Shown: one piece after another, positions 36,618 through 51,354 of the stretch
Layout of the letters: each line of letters begins with the position of its first letter
Position numbering within the stretch: the first letter of the stretch is position 1
Source: Octopus sinensis
Lineage: Eukaryota
Length of the DNA stretch: 64,000 nt
NCBI RefSeq assembly: GCF_006345805.1
Contig: NC_043008.1
Location: 55,800,001 to 55,864,000 of the forward strand
Direction of reading: 5' to 3'
Translations under genes and position numbers: made by a program
The notes under the pieces: generated by a model
Database searches by the model: none
What the model was told of the DNA's origin: nothing
What the model saw: only the letters and a program-made list of their open reading frames with translations

Positions 36618-36792
36618 CCGTATTTACTCGTGTATAAGTCACATCTGTAATTTAGTGGTAAATCTTGGCACAGATGTTTATAATTTCCTTGTTTTAGCTT
36701 TGCTCCTTGTGTATAAGTCGCACATCAGTTTTCTTTTTCATTCAGTTAAAATCAAGTATAAGATGGTGCCTCTTATGTAAGAATAAATATGG
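36618..36792. mobile_element. pogo/Tigger-like MITE
   Basis: Inverted ends ccgtatttactcgtgtataag and cttatgtaagaataaatatgg; TA on both sides. Confidence 0.65.
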
Positions 36793-37061
36793 TACATGTA
36801 TGTATGTAATCCAAATAAGACAGAGTCTAGCGCATCTTTAATGGCCAGTTACAACTGTTGAACGCAAAAAGTTCCATACGAAAAGTTCCATATGAGTGGA
36901 TTTAACTACTAGGGTGGTACTTCATCAAACTTGCATCAAAGGTGTTCTCTTAAGACAGTCTTCGTCTGTCAAGCGTTGTGTATAATGTGTGTGCGTGTAT
37001 GTGTGTGCTTGTGGTATAAGAAAACCGCTCCGAGGACAGTGTTTCTCGTAAAAATTTACCG

Positions 37062-37508
37062 TGGTAAGTAGCTTGTTTACCAACCACATGGTTCCGGGTT
37101 CAGTCCCACTGCGTGGCACCTTGGGTAAGTGTCTTCTACTATAGCCTCGGGCCGACCAAAGCCTTGTGAGTGGATTTGGTAGACGGAAACTGAAAGAAGC
37201 CTGTCGTATATATGTATATAATATATTATATATATATATATATATATAGATATATATATATATGTGTGTGTGTGTGTGTATGTGTTTTGTGTGTTCGGGT
37301 TTGTCCCCCTAGCTTTGCTGACAACCGATGCTGGTGTGGTTTATGTCCCCGTAAATTAGCGGTTCGGGCAAAGAGACCGATAAAATAAGTACTGGGCTTA
37401 CAAAAGAATAAGTCCTGGGGTCGATTTGCTCGATTAAAGGCGGTGCTTCAGCATGGCCGCAGTCAAATGACTGAAACAAGTAAAAAGAGTAAAAAAAAAA
37501 AAGAGAGT
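37062..37508 (+). mobile_element. SINE family A
   Basis: Family motifs, near full length. Confidence 0.9.
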
Positions 37509-38071
37509 ATCAGAGCACTGCACACTTCATGTAGAGTTTTTTTAATACAAACGTCCGTATCGCCTATTATACACTGACACTGATGATAACAGGGTTTGTT
37601 TCTTTGGTAAGATTTTAGTGTTTTGTATTATAAAAAAAATACGGAACTTTTGTGTAGTTGTTTAAGCCCCTCGTCAGATCTGATCGAGTACCCCTCTGAT
37701 CAAAGACATTTCAACCGTGACCATTCCATTTCTATTGCTAGATACTGTGAGTCTAGAATCACATTGATTATCAAAATGTATCGTTCGTTCTTTACCTAAG
37801 ATGGTAGGATCTGCTTTGAGGGAGATTCTTGGCTGCTATTTCTAGTAGATTGAGCAACTGCGTAGAAGGTTCCCCTACCTGACATGGTGCCGCCGTCGTC
37901 GTTGCTGTTGACGATATGGTCACGGGTTATATAGTCAGACAGGAAGTGAAGTAGAAAAGAATCTTTACTCTTTCTTTCTTTCCTTCCTTCTTCTCTTTCT
38001 TTGTTTCTTTCTTTCTTTTTCTTTCTTTGTTTCTTTCTCTTTCTTTCTTTCTCTTTCTTTCTCTGTCTCTT

Positions 38072-38103
<32 letters not shown>

Positions 38104-38127
38104 GATTTTAAAATATATGCAGTTTAT

Positions 38128-38490
38128 CTTTTACTCGTTTCATTCATTAGTCTGCGGCCATGCTGGGCACCGCCTTAAAGAATTTCAGTCGAACGAATCG
38201 ACAATACTTGTAAATTTTAAAGCCTAGTGCTTATTCCATCGTTTTCTTTTTACCAAACCGCTAAGACATGGGGACGTAAGCACACCAGCAACGGTTGCCA
38301 AGCGGTGGTGGTAAGCGCACACTCACTCACACACACACACACACACACACACACGATGGGCTTCTTTCAGTTTCCGGCTACCAAATCCACTCACAAGGTT
38401 ATAGTAGAAGACTTGCCCAAGGTGCCACGCAGCGGGACTGAACACCGAACCGTGTAGTTGGGAAGCCAGTTTCTTACCACACAGCCACCT
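38128..38490 (-). mobile_element. SINE family A
   Basis: Family motifs. Confidence 0.85.
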
Positions 38491-38517
38491 GTAAAACCTA
38501 TGCAGGAGTAAAAGACT

Positions 38518-38870
38518 ACTTTTTTACTTGTTTCTCTCATTGGACCTCGCCCATGCTACAGCACTGCCTTCATGGTTGTTTTGTCAATCAAATCGACCTT
38601 TGTACTTTCATTATAAGCTTGGAACTTATTCTATCTATTTTTTTTAGGACGCAAAAATTCATCGCCAGTTGCCATAAGCAGTGAGAGAGTATTACAAAAC
38701 AACACACAAACTCATACATATATATGACAGGCTTCCACACAGTTTCCGGCCCCTAAATTTACTCGCAAAGCATTGGCCAACCCGTGGCTAAAGCAGAAAA
38801 CACTTGCCCAAGGTGCTGCGCAGTGAGCCGGAACTTGTAACCACGTTTCTGTGAACTTCTTAACCGCACA
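38518..38870 (-). mobile_element. Diverged SINE family A variant
   Basis: cacttgcccaaggtgctgcgcagtg CORE-like segment and tail. Confidence 0.7.
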
Positions 38871-38874
38871 GATG

Positions 38875-39102
38875 GCGAGCTGGCAGAAACGTTAGCACGC
38901 CGGGCGAAATGCTTAGTGGTATTTCGTCTGCCGCTACGCTCTGAGTTCAAATTCCGCCGAGGTCGACTTTGCCTTTCATCCTTTCGGGGTCGATTAAATA
39001 AGTACCAGTTACGCACTGGGGTCGATGTAATCGACTTAATCCGTTTGTCTGTCCTTGTTTGTCCTCTCTGTGTTTAGCCCCTTGTGGGTAGTAAAGAAAT
39101 AG
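38875..39102 (+). mobile_element. Young full-length SINE family B (long tail)
   Basis: ggcgagctggcagaaacgttagc head, B-box-like gagttcaaattcc, tail agtaaagaaatag. Confidence 0.9.
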
Positions 39103-39704
39103 ATATTAATGCTCTCTCTGTCTGTACATACACACACATACATACACAGGCAGGCATACATACATCCATCCATCTTTGTTGGAAACCGGCTCCGTCCTCA
39201 GTGGAAGATTTATAATAATTAAAAGATAGAAGAGACAGCCATACACAGAACATCTGTATTATGTCCGGGTTTTGTTTATGTTGTCTCTTTACATCCGGTA
39301 ACCGAGTAGTTTACGCAAATAGAGATCGATAAAATAAATAGCAGACTGGGTAATCGATATGATCGATTTAAAAAAAATGATAATAAAAATTTGAAAGTGG
39401 TGCCCCAGTATGGCCGCTGTGGATGTGCGAACATCAAAATGAATACTTGATACTCGTAGTAGAATCTCTGAATTATCAAAATCTAACATATATAATCCTT
39501 TGTATTATAAGCATAAGGCCTGAAATTTGGATGGGGTGGGAGTAGGGGCTAGGCGATTACATGGGCCCCAGTGTGCAGCTGAACTGATCCTTATTTGATC
39601 GACCTTTTCAACGCGAGAGGATAAAAGGCAAAGTCACTCTCGGCTATATTTGAGCTCAGAACGTGAAGACGAGCGTTGTAACATACACAATACAATCCTT
39701 TCTA

Positions 39705-40028
39705 CGAAATGCACAAGGCCTGAAATTTGGTGGGAGGAGACTGGTCGATTACATCGACCCCAGTGTTTCATTGGTACTTAATTTATCGATCCCTAAAGAA
39801 TTTGCAGCATATTACGAGGTCAGGGTACTTGATTCCACGCAAAAAAAAATCCAAGTTTTTTTTTTTTTTTTTGCTTAGTGAAAATCGTGCGGGTGTTACA
39901 CGAAAAATTTACCAAGAATGAAAGGCAAAGTCGACCTCGGTGGAATTTGAACTCAGAATGTAGCGGCGGGCGAAATGCCGCTAAGCATTTTGCCCAGCGC
40001 GCTAACGATTCTTCCAACTCGCCGCCTT
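39705..40028 (-). mobile_element. SINE family B carrying a 112-bp foreign insert; a further partial copy lies at 39505-39660
   Basis: The B domain is split at aagaat by sequence homologous to 7764-7872. Confidence 0.85.
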
Positions 40029-40491
40029 ACACAATATAATGAACGAACAAACCCAAAAATTAAAATGAACTGACATTATCCATGCAGTTAGGAATTAAAA
40101 ATTCCCTCTAGTGGAAGAATGGGTGTGATTAAAATAAACCAAAATGTGTAATACAATATGTGGATCGAAATTTTTGGAAAATAAGACAGTTTTTTTCTTC
40201 TATTTTTTTTTCGGAAATTAAACCATCTTTGAGGAGTGGTATAAGGTTAAAAAATAAGGGAGGTAACTCCAATATCAGCTCCCACCTTTAGGACCCCCCA
40301 CAAAGGTTGCGGTTAGGAGTGGATCCTCTCTCTGTGCGTGTGTGTGAAGATGGTTTATAATATTATTCATCATCAATCACGCGCCTCTCAATCCCCAAGC
40401 GTTGCTCATCTTTATAACATGGTTGGGGGCATGACATTTTGACGAATCGCTTCCCCGTCTACGTATTATGCCTTTCCTATATATATATATA

Positions 40492-40672
40492 CTTTATTTA
40501 AAGCAGCAGAAAATTTTTGCTAGCAAAAACTGTCCGATGAACGGCAACGAGAAACTCAGAGTAACAGGTTTTGTTGAATTTTCTGCTGCTTTAAATAAAG
40601 CATATTACTCTACCACTGGTATTTGAGTACTCTTTTTCCCACCTTGTTTCACATTTATGTGTTTACTCGGGT
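40492..40672 (+). mobile_element. Penelope-like terminal repeat with an inverted truncated copy
   Basis: Perfect 24-bp inverted repeat at 40492-40515 and 40577-40600, 16-bp palindrome at 40514-40529, hammerhead-like motif inside. Confidence 0.6.
40526..40572 (+). ncRNA. Minimal type I hammerhead-ribozyme-like motif
   Basis: CUGU-CCGAUGA-ACGGCAACGA-GAA-ACUC-A-GAGU-A/ACAG. Stems I and III pair perfectly; GUA cleavage triplet. Confidence 0.6.
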
Positions 40673-40691
40673 ATATATCTATATATATATA

Positions 40692-40733
<42 letters not shown>

Positions 40734-41300
40734 CATACAACTTATAAGTAAGGGCGAGTAAATTATATGTGGAAATTGACGATTTAATAGTCTGTTATCA
40801 GCATATTGGCATTGAAATAATTTTCTTTAGCTCTTACTTATAAGTTGTTTATAATTTTAACCGTAAAGGTATTTTAATATGCTGCCACATTTTCTGATGG
40901 AATTTTTTTCTGTAGAAAAAAAACTTCATCCTATATTAGTAGTATCTATCTATATATATATTATGAATTGGGAATTCAGTGTAATGGTGTGTTCTCAGAG
41001 AGTAGGTTATGAAATTAAGCTGAAATATTCTGTGTAGATTGCGACAGTTTGAGTTTCACGTTTTACCGATTTTTCAGCAATCAATTTATTGGTAGGTAGA
41101 TTTAGGAAGGCAGGAAGGAAAAAAACAGAAAACCCCGTGAACGAGGAGGAAATACCTGTGGGAAGCAGTTTAGAATGATATTTCATCCTCCACCCCCTTC
41201 TCTCTCTCTCTGTGACTGTGTTTCTTTCTCTCTCTCTGTGACTCTTTCTCTCCTTTCCATGATAACTTGATTTGTACGCGTATGTCTCTCTCTCCTCTCT

Positions 41301-41361
<61 letters not shown>

Positions 41362-41727
41362 TATATATTATATGTATGTACACATTTATCCTTGATATTC
41401 TGTGTACTTGTCTGTCTATGTATCTACTTGTCTCATTCTGTGTGTGTGTAAGTATGTATGCATGTATGTAGTATCTCTCTTCTCTCTCTCTCTCTTCCAC
41501 ACACACACACACACACACTCTCTATTATGTGTTTTTATATTCTTGAAAACCATTTTACAATGGACTAAATAGCAGACGCTGCAGAGTACTATTACAATTT
41601 GAATGTGAGTGACTTCGAAATCTCACCAAGTTTGTGACTTACTCAAACTAGCTCGAAGTCACTGCCAATAAAAATACATTTGCTATTTGCGTGTGTGAAA
41701 ATCCCTCATGGATAGAAAAGGTTGAAG

Positions 41728-41794
41728 GCTCCACGTGGGACTCGAACCCACACCTCATCTAAACACGACAGGCGTTCTACCATCGGATCAAAGC
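41728..41794 (-). pseudogene. tRNA pseudogene or tRNA-derived SINE head
   Basis: Perfect T-arm GTGGG-TTCGAGT-CCCAC and a wobble-rich acceptor pairing; D-arm and anticodon loop are non-canonical. Confidence 0.55.
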
Positions 41795-42866
41795 TATCCT
41801 CCGAATCTCTTTATCCGCTTTCGTAACTATATTCTCACCAACGTGAATTGTCTGTTGTTGACGTCTGAAGAATTTTATAATCTTTTCTGAAAATAAAAAG
41901 AATAAAAAGAATTATATATATTCATGCTATTATGCGTGGAGGAACAGTCATCCTAGAAATCCAATATTGAGTATTGAGTACTTGGAGTGAAGCAGTTGGA
42001 TAATCTAATTATTTTTATATAAAATTTATAAATAGAGACTATAAACGATGATCGAGAGAAAATTAATAGTGTTGCTCTCATCTTTCTTAGAGAGTCTGCT
42101 TTTGATCCTGATACGATAAAAAAACAAAAAAAAAACAACAAATGTACCCAGCTAACATTTGTATGTGATCGCTCAGCCTACTTGAACTAGCAGCCAAATC
42201 TCCCTCAAATCACACCCAACTGTTCTTAAAAAAACCCAGAAAAGACATTGGCTTCCGAGATCCAATAAGAGCCAGACGATCACTTCTGTAACGTCTGCAA
42301 AATACGAACGTAGCTCAGCGCCAACTGATACGAAAAACATACATCCTGTTCCTTTCCGAAACCTCTAAGACACATCCGTTAACCTTTAATTGACCTCCGT
42401 TAATCTCTGCTCTCAAAACTACACGTTTTTACTTAAGCTTCACTGTAAAACATGGTATCTTTGCATACGTAGATTCCATTCTCCCCACTACTCACTTCTC
42501 TCGTCTGGATATCAAAGCAAAGACTTGCGGTTTCTCTGTTTCAAGGTTTTATTGCTCCATTCTTCTATATACATATAGATGCGTCTGCTTTCTTTACAGC
42601 TTCCCCCAGAACGCTTCAAATCGCTAACAAATCCTCGACCACATCTCTTCCTGGAATTGAGGGCATCTTTCTTACTTCACCCCTCATCGAAACTCACCGT
42701 CCTCTCTGATTCCAACTCTTCTTAGCTCCTTCTCATTCATCGCTTACTGATGTTGCCGTCGCAGAAACTGAATCTTACGCAGTTCACCAATCTCTACATC
42801 AGTCGTTCCCAGCTCTTTTATTTAACTAAGTTTCCCCACGGACCCCTTTTAATATGCTTATCCTTT

Positions 42867-42927
<61 letters not shown>

Positions 42928-43079
42928 GGACGGTGCTGAGTTGTCAAACATTTAAACCAAGTTTTCTCAAAACAACTTGTCCAACCATCCTGTAGGCCAT
43001 CCCTTTGAGAAACACTGATTTAACCTAAATTTGAGACTCCAGCAAAAGAAGAAATAAAGATTTTTTTTCTATTCCAAGA

Positions 43080-43292
43080 AAAACGATTTTACAAATGCAC
43101 GTTCCCACGGCTTTATCGATGGCATTCTCACCTGGAATCGATTTTTGTAATTTTTTCAAGACTTATACACGCCCTGATAGCGTAGGTATCTACATATCAA
43201 ATTTGAGCGCAACCGGATGGAGGATCCCCGAGATCCTAGAAGACAAACACACAGACAGACAGACAGAACGGATTTTATATAATATACATACA
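43080..43292 (-). mobile_element. Truncated Helitron-like non-autonomous element (5' part)
   Basis: caaatttgagcgcaaccggatgg...(acag)n...ttttatataatata resembles the 5' regions of the other two Helitrons; no CTAG end found. Confidence 0.4.
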
Positions 43293-43304
43293 TACCTCTC
43301 CTCT

Positions 43305-43349
<45 letters not shown>

Positions 43350-43411
43350 TTTTGAATTTAGTTCACGGACCCTCAGTACTATTTTGTGGACCACAGGTTG
43401 GGAACTCTGCT

Positions 43412-43742
43412 CTACATCAGTTGAGCAAATCGACCCCAATTCTTTGTAAGCCTAGTACTTATTCTATCGTTTCTTTTTTTGCCGAACCGCTAAATTACGG
43501 GGACGCAAACACACCAACATCGGTTGTCAAGCGATGCTGCGGCGAGGGGTGTGTGGACAAACACAGACACACAAACATATACACATATTACAGTTTCCGT
43601 CTACCAAATCCACTCACAAGGCTCTGGTCAGCTCAGCGCTATAGTAGAAGACACTATGTCCCAGGTGCCACGCAGGGGGGACTGAACCCGGAACCATGTA
43701 ATTGGTATGCAAGCTTCTTACCACACAGCCACACACGCCCTG
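43412..43742 (-). mobile_element. SINE family A
   Basis: Family motifs. Confidence 0.85.
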
Positions 43743-44269
43743 CGCTTATATATACGTCGCATAGAAGAAAAACTCTTTTTCTCTCCTGTCGAAGACTTGA
43801 AACCAACAGGTTTCTCTCGTAAACTGTTTCCTGGGTTATGATGTTCTTTCAACGGACACAATAATCACAGTCAGCTGTAATTAATAAAAAGCTCCACACA
43901 CAGACACACACACTGTTTTAATCCTTCTGTTATTTATTCGTCTGTTATGTGAATATAGGAACAAGATTGCATAACTTTCCTGTGCGTTACTTTCCCTCCC
44001 TTGTTTTTTCGCCAACGTTCCTGTACACTCATACACACACACATATACTATATATATACTTACTCATTCACTCACACACCTACGCATGTACATACGTGTA
44101 CTATAATTGGCACGGATAGGTGTTTCTTAATCGGATTCTGACTCCCTTCTCCCGTTATTCGCCTTACATATATAAACACACACACACACACACTTACACT
44201 TATATTCACAAGATGCAAACCTCAGATTATGTAACGGAGGACAGTGCACAAATGTATTAAATTCCCAAA

Positions 44270-46762
<2,493 letters not shown>

Positions 46763-46905
46763 TATAAGGGGGATGACCTCTAAGTGGACATCCATTATGC
46801 TAGAAGTCGACCCCCTATGGTCTTACAACTAAGAAAGGAATGTTCTCAAGAAAATTTAGCAAACGCCAGAACGTAAATGAGCAAGACAAATGAAAATCAT
46901 TAAAT

Positions 46906-46948
<43 letters not shown>

Positions 46949-46999
46949 AGTCTAATTTATGTATTGTTGCTATCTTCCCCTCAAAATTTGTCGTGCCCT

Positions 47000-47212
47000 G
47001 AACTGGCAGAATCGTAACTGCGTTGGACAAAAATGCTTAGCGGCATTTCTTCTGGCTCTTAACGTTCTGAGTTCAAATTCCGCCGAGGTCGACTTTGCCT
47101 TTCACTTTCACGATCGATAAAAACAGGTATTAGTCGAGCACTGGGGGTTTGATTTAATCGACTAGCTCCCTCCCCACAAATTTCAAGCCTTGTACCTATA
47201 GTAGAAAGGATT
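47000..47212 (+). mobile_element. SINE family B (short tail)
   Basis: Family motifs. Confidence 0.85.
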
Positions 47213-47329
47213 ACTATTTTTATTATCCGTCTGATGGCATTATTAAAACTATTATTAATAAAACTGGGAGAAGCTCATTATTCTTATCAGCTGTTTAACA
47301 AGCAATTTATTTAATAAGCAGTTGACTGG

Positions 47330-47371
<42 letters not shown>

Positions 47372-48015
47372 AATAATATCCCTTTCCCCAAGAATAACAA
47401 CAAGCAAAACTCCACCCTCTTATTTTACGAGCCATTCTCGTTTTAATGAAATAAATTGCTTTCTATGAGAATATATGTATTTATATATATTCTATGTATG
47501 TCTCCCGCCCTCTCTCAAATTAAAAAAGCTGTTGATTTTCTATGATAAGTGGTTGTTTGAGATCATTGCTGCACCTCTTCTGGTCTATAGTATTTGTTGA
47601 TAGTGGCCAACTGTTATTTTTTTTTTTGCCCTCCACTCCTAGAATATCTCTATTTCTTTTGTCTTAAGACCAAACATTATCGCACGGTGCAGACTTCAAG
47701 CAGTAATTGCTTGCTGTTCTTCCTGTAAAGATTTTAGCCACACTCTCTGCTCTGCTCTCTCTCTTTCCCCCTCTCTCACTTTCACACTCACACGTAAACA
47801 CACACACTCAAAATTTCGTCTACTTTGTACTCCTTCCTATCGTATTTGTCACAGACTTGTCTCTGTTATTTTATTTTCGTGTTGGCCTCTAACGTTTGTA
47901 ATGTGGTGGTGGGTGAACACACTTAGGCCACCTGTGGCGAATTGCCAGGTGCACTTGCATTCCTTATCTGTGCTGTGGGGGTCTGCAAACCTAAGCTGAA
48001 AAGTTTTTCATTTTA

Positions 48016-48408
48016 CTAGCAGTATCGCCCGGCGTTGCTCGGGTTTGTTTCGACCCTTTAGAATTGGAATTTTTGAAAAGTAAAAATTTTGCATTATGTA
48101 GCTTGTTATTCTCTTTAAGTGAACATTTTTCTGGTTGAAATACACCGAAGAATGGCGACACAGCAGTAAAAAAATCGTAAAAAATAGGGCTTTTCATAGA
48201 AAAAAAGCACCTTTTTGATGTTAATAATTTTTGGTGTTAACATGGTTTGATTTGATTTTTTTTCTTCTACGGAAGGAAGAGCAAGCCTTCTTCTATCATA
48301 CTCTCAATTTTGGTCAACTTGCGCCACAGGGTCTCGGAGGAGATAGTGTTAGTTGAAGGCTACCAAACCTGCCATACACAGACAACTTTAGCTTTATATA
48401 TATAGTGA
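48016..48408 (-). mobile_element. Non-autonomous Helitron (same termini as 35960-36321, different interior)
   Basis: actagcagtatcgcccggcgttgctcgggtttgt 3' end and caactttagctttatatatatag 5' end. Confidence 0.75.
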
Positions 48409-48472
48409 TTAAATCACAGAATTGTAACATTAAGCTAATGTTTTGGGTCTATGGCTCGACCACACACACACT

Positions 48473-48865
48473 GCTTGTTTCGGTCGTTGGACTGCAGCCA
48501 TTCTGGGGCACCGTCATGAAGTGTTCAGTTGAACAAATCGACACCTGTAGTAATTTACTTATTTTAAAGCCCAGTACTTATTCTATCGTTCTCTTTTGCT
48601 GAACTGCGAAGTTATGGGATTGTAAACTAACCGGTTGTCAAGCGGTGAGGAAGAGATGGGGGTCAAGCAATATAAGCGCAAAGACACACACAGAAACACA
48701 CACACACATTCAATGGCCTTCTTCCATTTTCCAATCTACCATTTTCACTCACAAGGCTTTGATCAGCTTGGGGCTATAGTAGAAGGCTCAAGGTGCTGCA
48801 TAGTGGGATTGAACTTAAGACCACATGATTGGGAAGCATGCTGCTTGACCACACAGCCACACCTG
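48473..48865 (-). mobile_element. Diverged SINE family A
   Basis: Family motifs. Confidence 0.75.
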
Positions 48866-48916
48866 TACTGATATCTATCTTATCTATCTATCTTATCTAT
48901 CTATCTATCTATCTAC

Positions 48917-48967
<51 letters not shown>

Positions 48968-48972
48968 ATCTC

Positions 48973-49010
<38 letters not shown>

Positions 49011-49043
49011 GTCTGTCTGTCTGTCTGTCTGTCTCTCCGTCTG

Positions 49044-49077
<34 letters not shown>

Positions 49078-49078
49078 C

Positions 49079-49128
<50 letters not shown>

Positions 49129-49449
49129 CACACACACATATATGCATATATATATAGGGGAGAGAGAGAGAGCAGTTTGATTCAGCTCTTTTTGACTTGA
49201 GCTTTTATAGGTGTAAAGTATATGTCCATCTCTCATTAGTTGCTAGGAGTAAAGACTGTCATTGAAAATATATGTAACCTCCTGTCAAATGCTTTTGAGT
49301 GCTGCTTTCTTTTATTTGTTTACTCCTGTGTGTGTATGTGTTTATATATATATATTTATAAGCTGATTTGTTCTCAATACCATGCAACCAGTTGATTGGT
49401 TTTAGAATAAATCAGCCTGTAGATTCACACAGTTTGACATTTATATATA

Positions 49450-49642
49450 TATATTCAAAATGTGACCGCGTGTGTACCGTTGGCGATTTTTTTTCCTCTG
49501 TCTTCCCTTCTCCTATGTTTCCGACGAAGAGCTCTGCTCGAAACATTAAACCCTCCTTCTTTCCTTCTCTCCTGAGCGTCCTATAATACTATACCTGTTC
49601 CACGTCCTCGCATTGTTGTGTTTTCATGTTTGGATTAACTAT
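49450..49642 (+). mobile_element. Penelope-like terminal repeat fragment
   Basis: Bounded by (AT)n and carries a hammerhead-like motif. Confidence 0.5.
49517..49551 (+). ncRNA. Minimal type I hammerhead-like motif, decayed
   Basis: GUUU-CCGACGA-A-GAGC-UCU-GCUC-GAAAC-AUU-AAAC. Stems I and II are perfect; stem III has AU where GU is expected. Confidence 0.5.
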
Positions 49643-49648
49643 ATATAT

Positions 49649-49682
<34 letters not shown>

Positions 49683-50213
49683 AGAGTTAAGGAATGGAGC
49701 AGATAATATCTGGGCTACATATGTTTCATTGCGAGCAGAACCTTGAAAGTGTTGAATATCCAAGCAAGGTGTATACTATAAGCTATTCTTCGGGCCAAGG
49801 GTATCTTGATTAAATGAAGTCTACATTATCGTAGAGAGGTACAGGTCAACACATGAACGATTCTTCAATCAGAATGTGTAGAGAGCACGGTTAGAGTGGA
49901 GAATATACAGAAAAATCCACAAGCTTTTGCCTCAGTAAACCACTATTGTCCTTCCTGAAAGTTGTTTTTTATATTTTCTATGGTTTGCTTGAAGCTAACC
50001 TTTTCCCTACACCTTGATCCTTGGATCTTATATGTATGTGTGTGTGTGTGTGTGTGTGTGTTTGTGTGTGTGTTCAAGTAAGCTTTTCAGACACTGGGTC
50101 AGTTGCTCTTTGTGGTCACCCAACCTTTTAAAAATAGCAGTCAAATCTTCTTTATAGCTTACTCCACTGTCCTAAAAAGGGACAGACTCATTGCACAATG
50201 GTAAAGTTTTAGA

Positions 50214-50764
50214 TTAGTCTGCCGCTACATTCTGAGTTCAAATTCCGCTGAGGTCGACTTTGCCTTTCATCCTTTCGGGGTCGAATAAATAAGTACCAGT
50301 TCGCACTGGGGTCGATATAATCGACTTAATCCATTTGTCTGTCCTTGTTTGTCCTCTCTGTGTGTAGCCCCTTGTGGGTAGTAAAGAAATACGTATTTCG
50401 TCTGCTGCTACATTCTGAGTTCAAATTCCGCCAAGTTCGACTTTGCCTTTCATCCTTTCGGGATCGATTAAATAAGTACCAGTTGCACACTGGGGGTCGA
50501 TGTAATTGACTTAATCCGTTTGTCTGTCCTTGTTTGTCCTCACTGTGTTTAGCCCCTTGTAGGTAGTAAAGAAATAGGTATTTAGTCCGTCATTATGTTC
50601 TGAGTTCAAATTCCACCGAGGTCGACTTTGCCTTTCATCCTTTCGGGGTCGATTAAATAAGTACCAGTTACGCACTGGGGCCGATATAATCGACTTAATC
50701 CGTTTTATCTGTCCTTGTTTGTCCTCTGTGTGTTTAGCCCCTTGTAGGTAGTAAAGAAATAGGT
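50214..50764 (+). mobile_element. Headless tandem array of SINE family B bodies (3 units, periods 183 and 185 bp)
   Basis: tctgagttcaaattcc at 50231, 50414 and 50599. Confidence 0.9.
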
Positions 50765-51354
50765 ATAGTTTTAGATTTACAAGACTGGAGAGAAAACTGA
50801 GATGATCATGGCTGGATTGTCTTTAATCTTTGGTCTACTCGATCAGATCCGACTTGAGGTTTAAAAACAATGATAACATTAACAATAACAAGATTCTGAA
50901 GTCTCAGCTGAGAAATTCTTGATAGAAGTAAAGAAATACACAACAATGACCTCCAGCTGGCATTTTGGTAGCAGACATGCTTTGAGGTAAACTGTTCTTT
51001 AAGACATTGTCTTCCGCTATGTTGTCTGCATCTGCTCTTCATCTCCAGCTGTCTAGATTCCTTTTTTTTTCTTCTTATAAACATCAGCAGTCTGCTATCT
51101 TTGTACTTCTCTCTCTCTCTCTCATTCACTCTCTCTCTCTCATTCACTCTCTCTCTCTCTCATTCATGCTCTCTCATTCAAGCTCTCTCATTCACGCTCT
51201 CTCTCATTCACTCTCTCTCTCTCTCTCATTCACGCTCTCTCATTCACTCTCTCATTCCCTTCCTCCTCTCTCTCAAAGCACCTTTCCCATTTTTCTAGGG
51301 CAATCGCCTGTGTGATGAGGGTCCTGCTGTACTCCGTCTTTGAACACAGGAATT

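Noticed and set aside
42747-42785. CTGATGT-TGC..GCA-GAAACTG...CAGTT hammerhead-like string
   Set aside because: A9 is missing and there is no stem I complementarity; likely chance.
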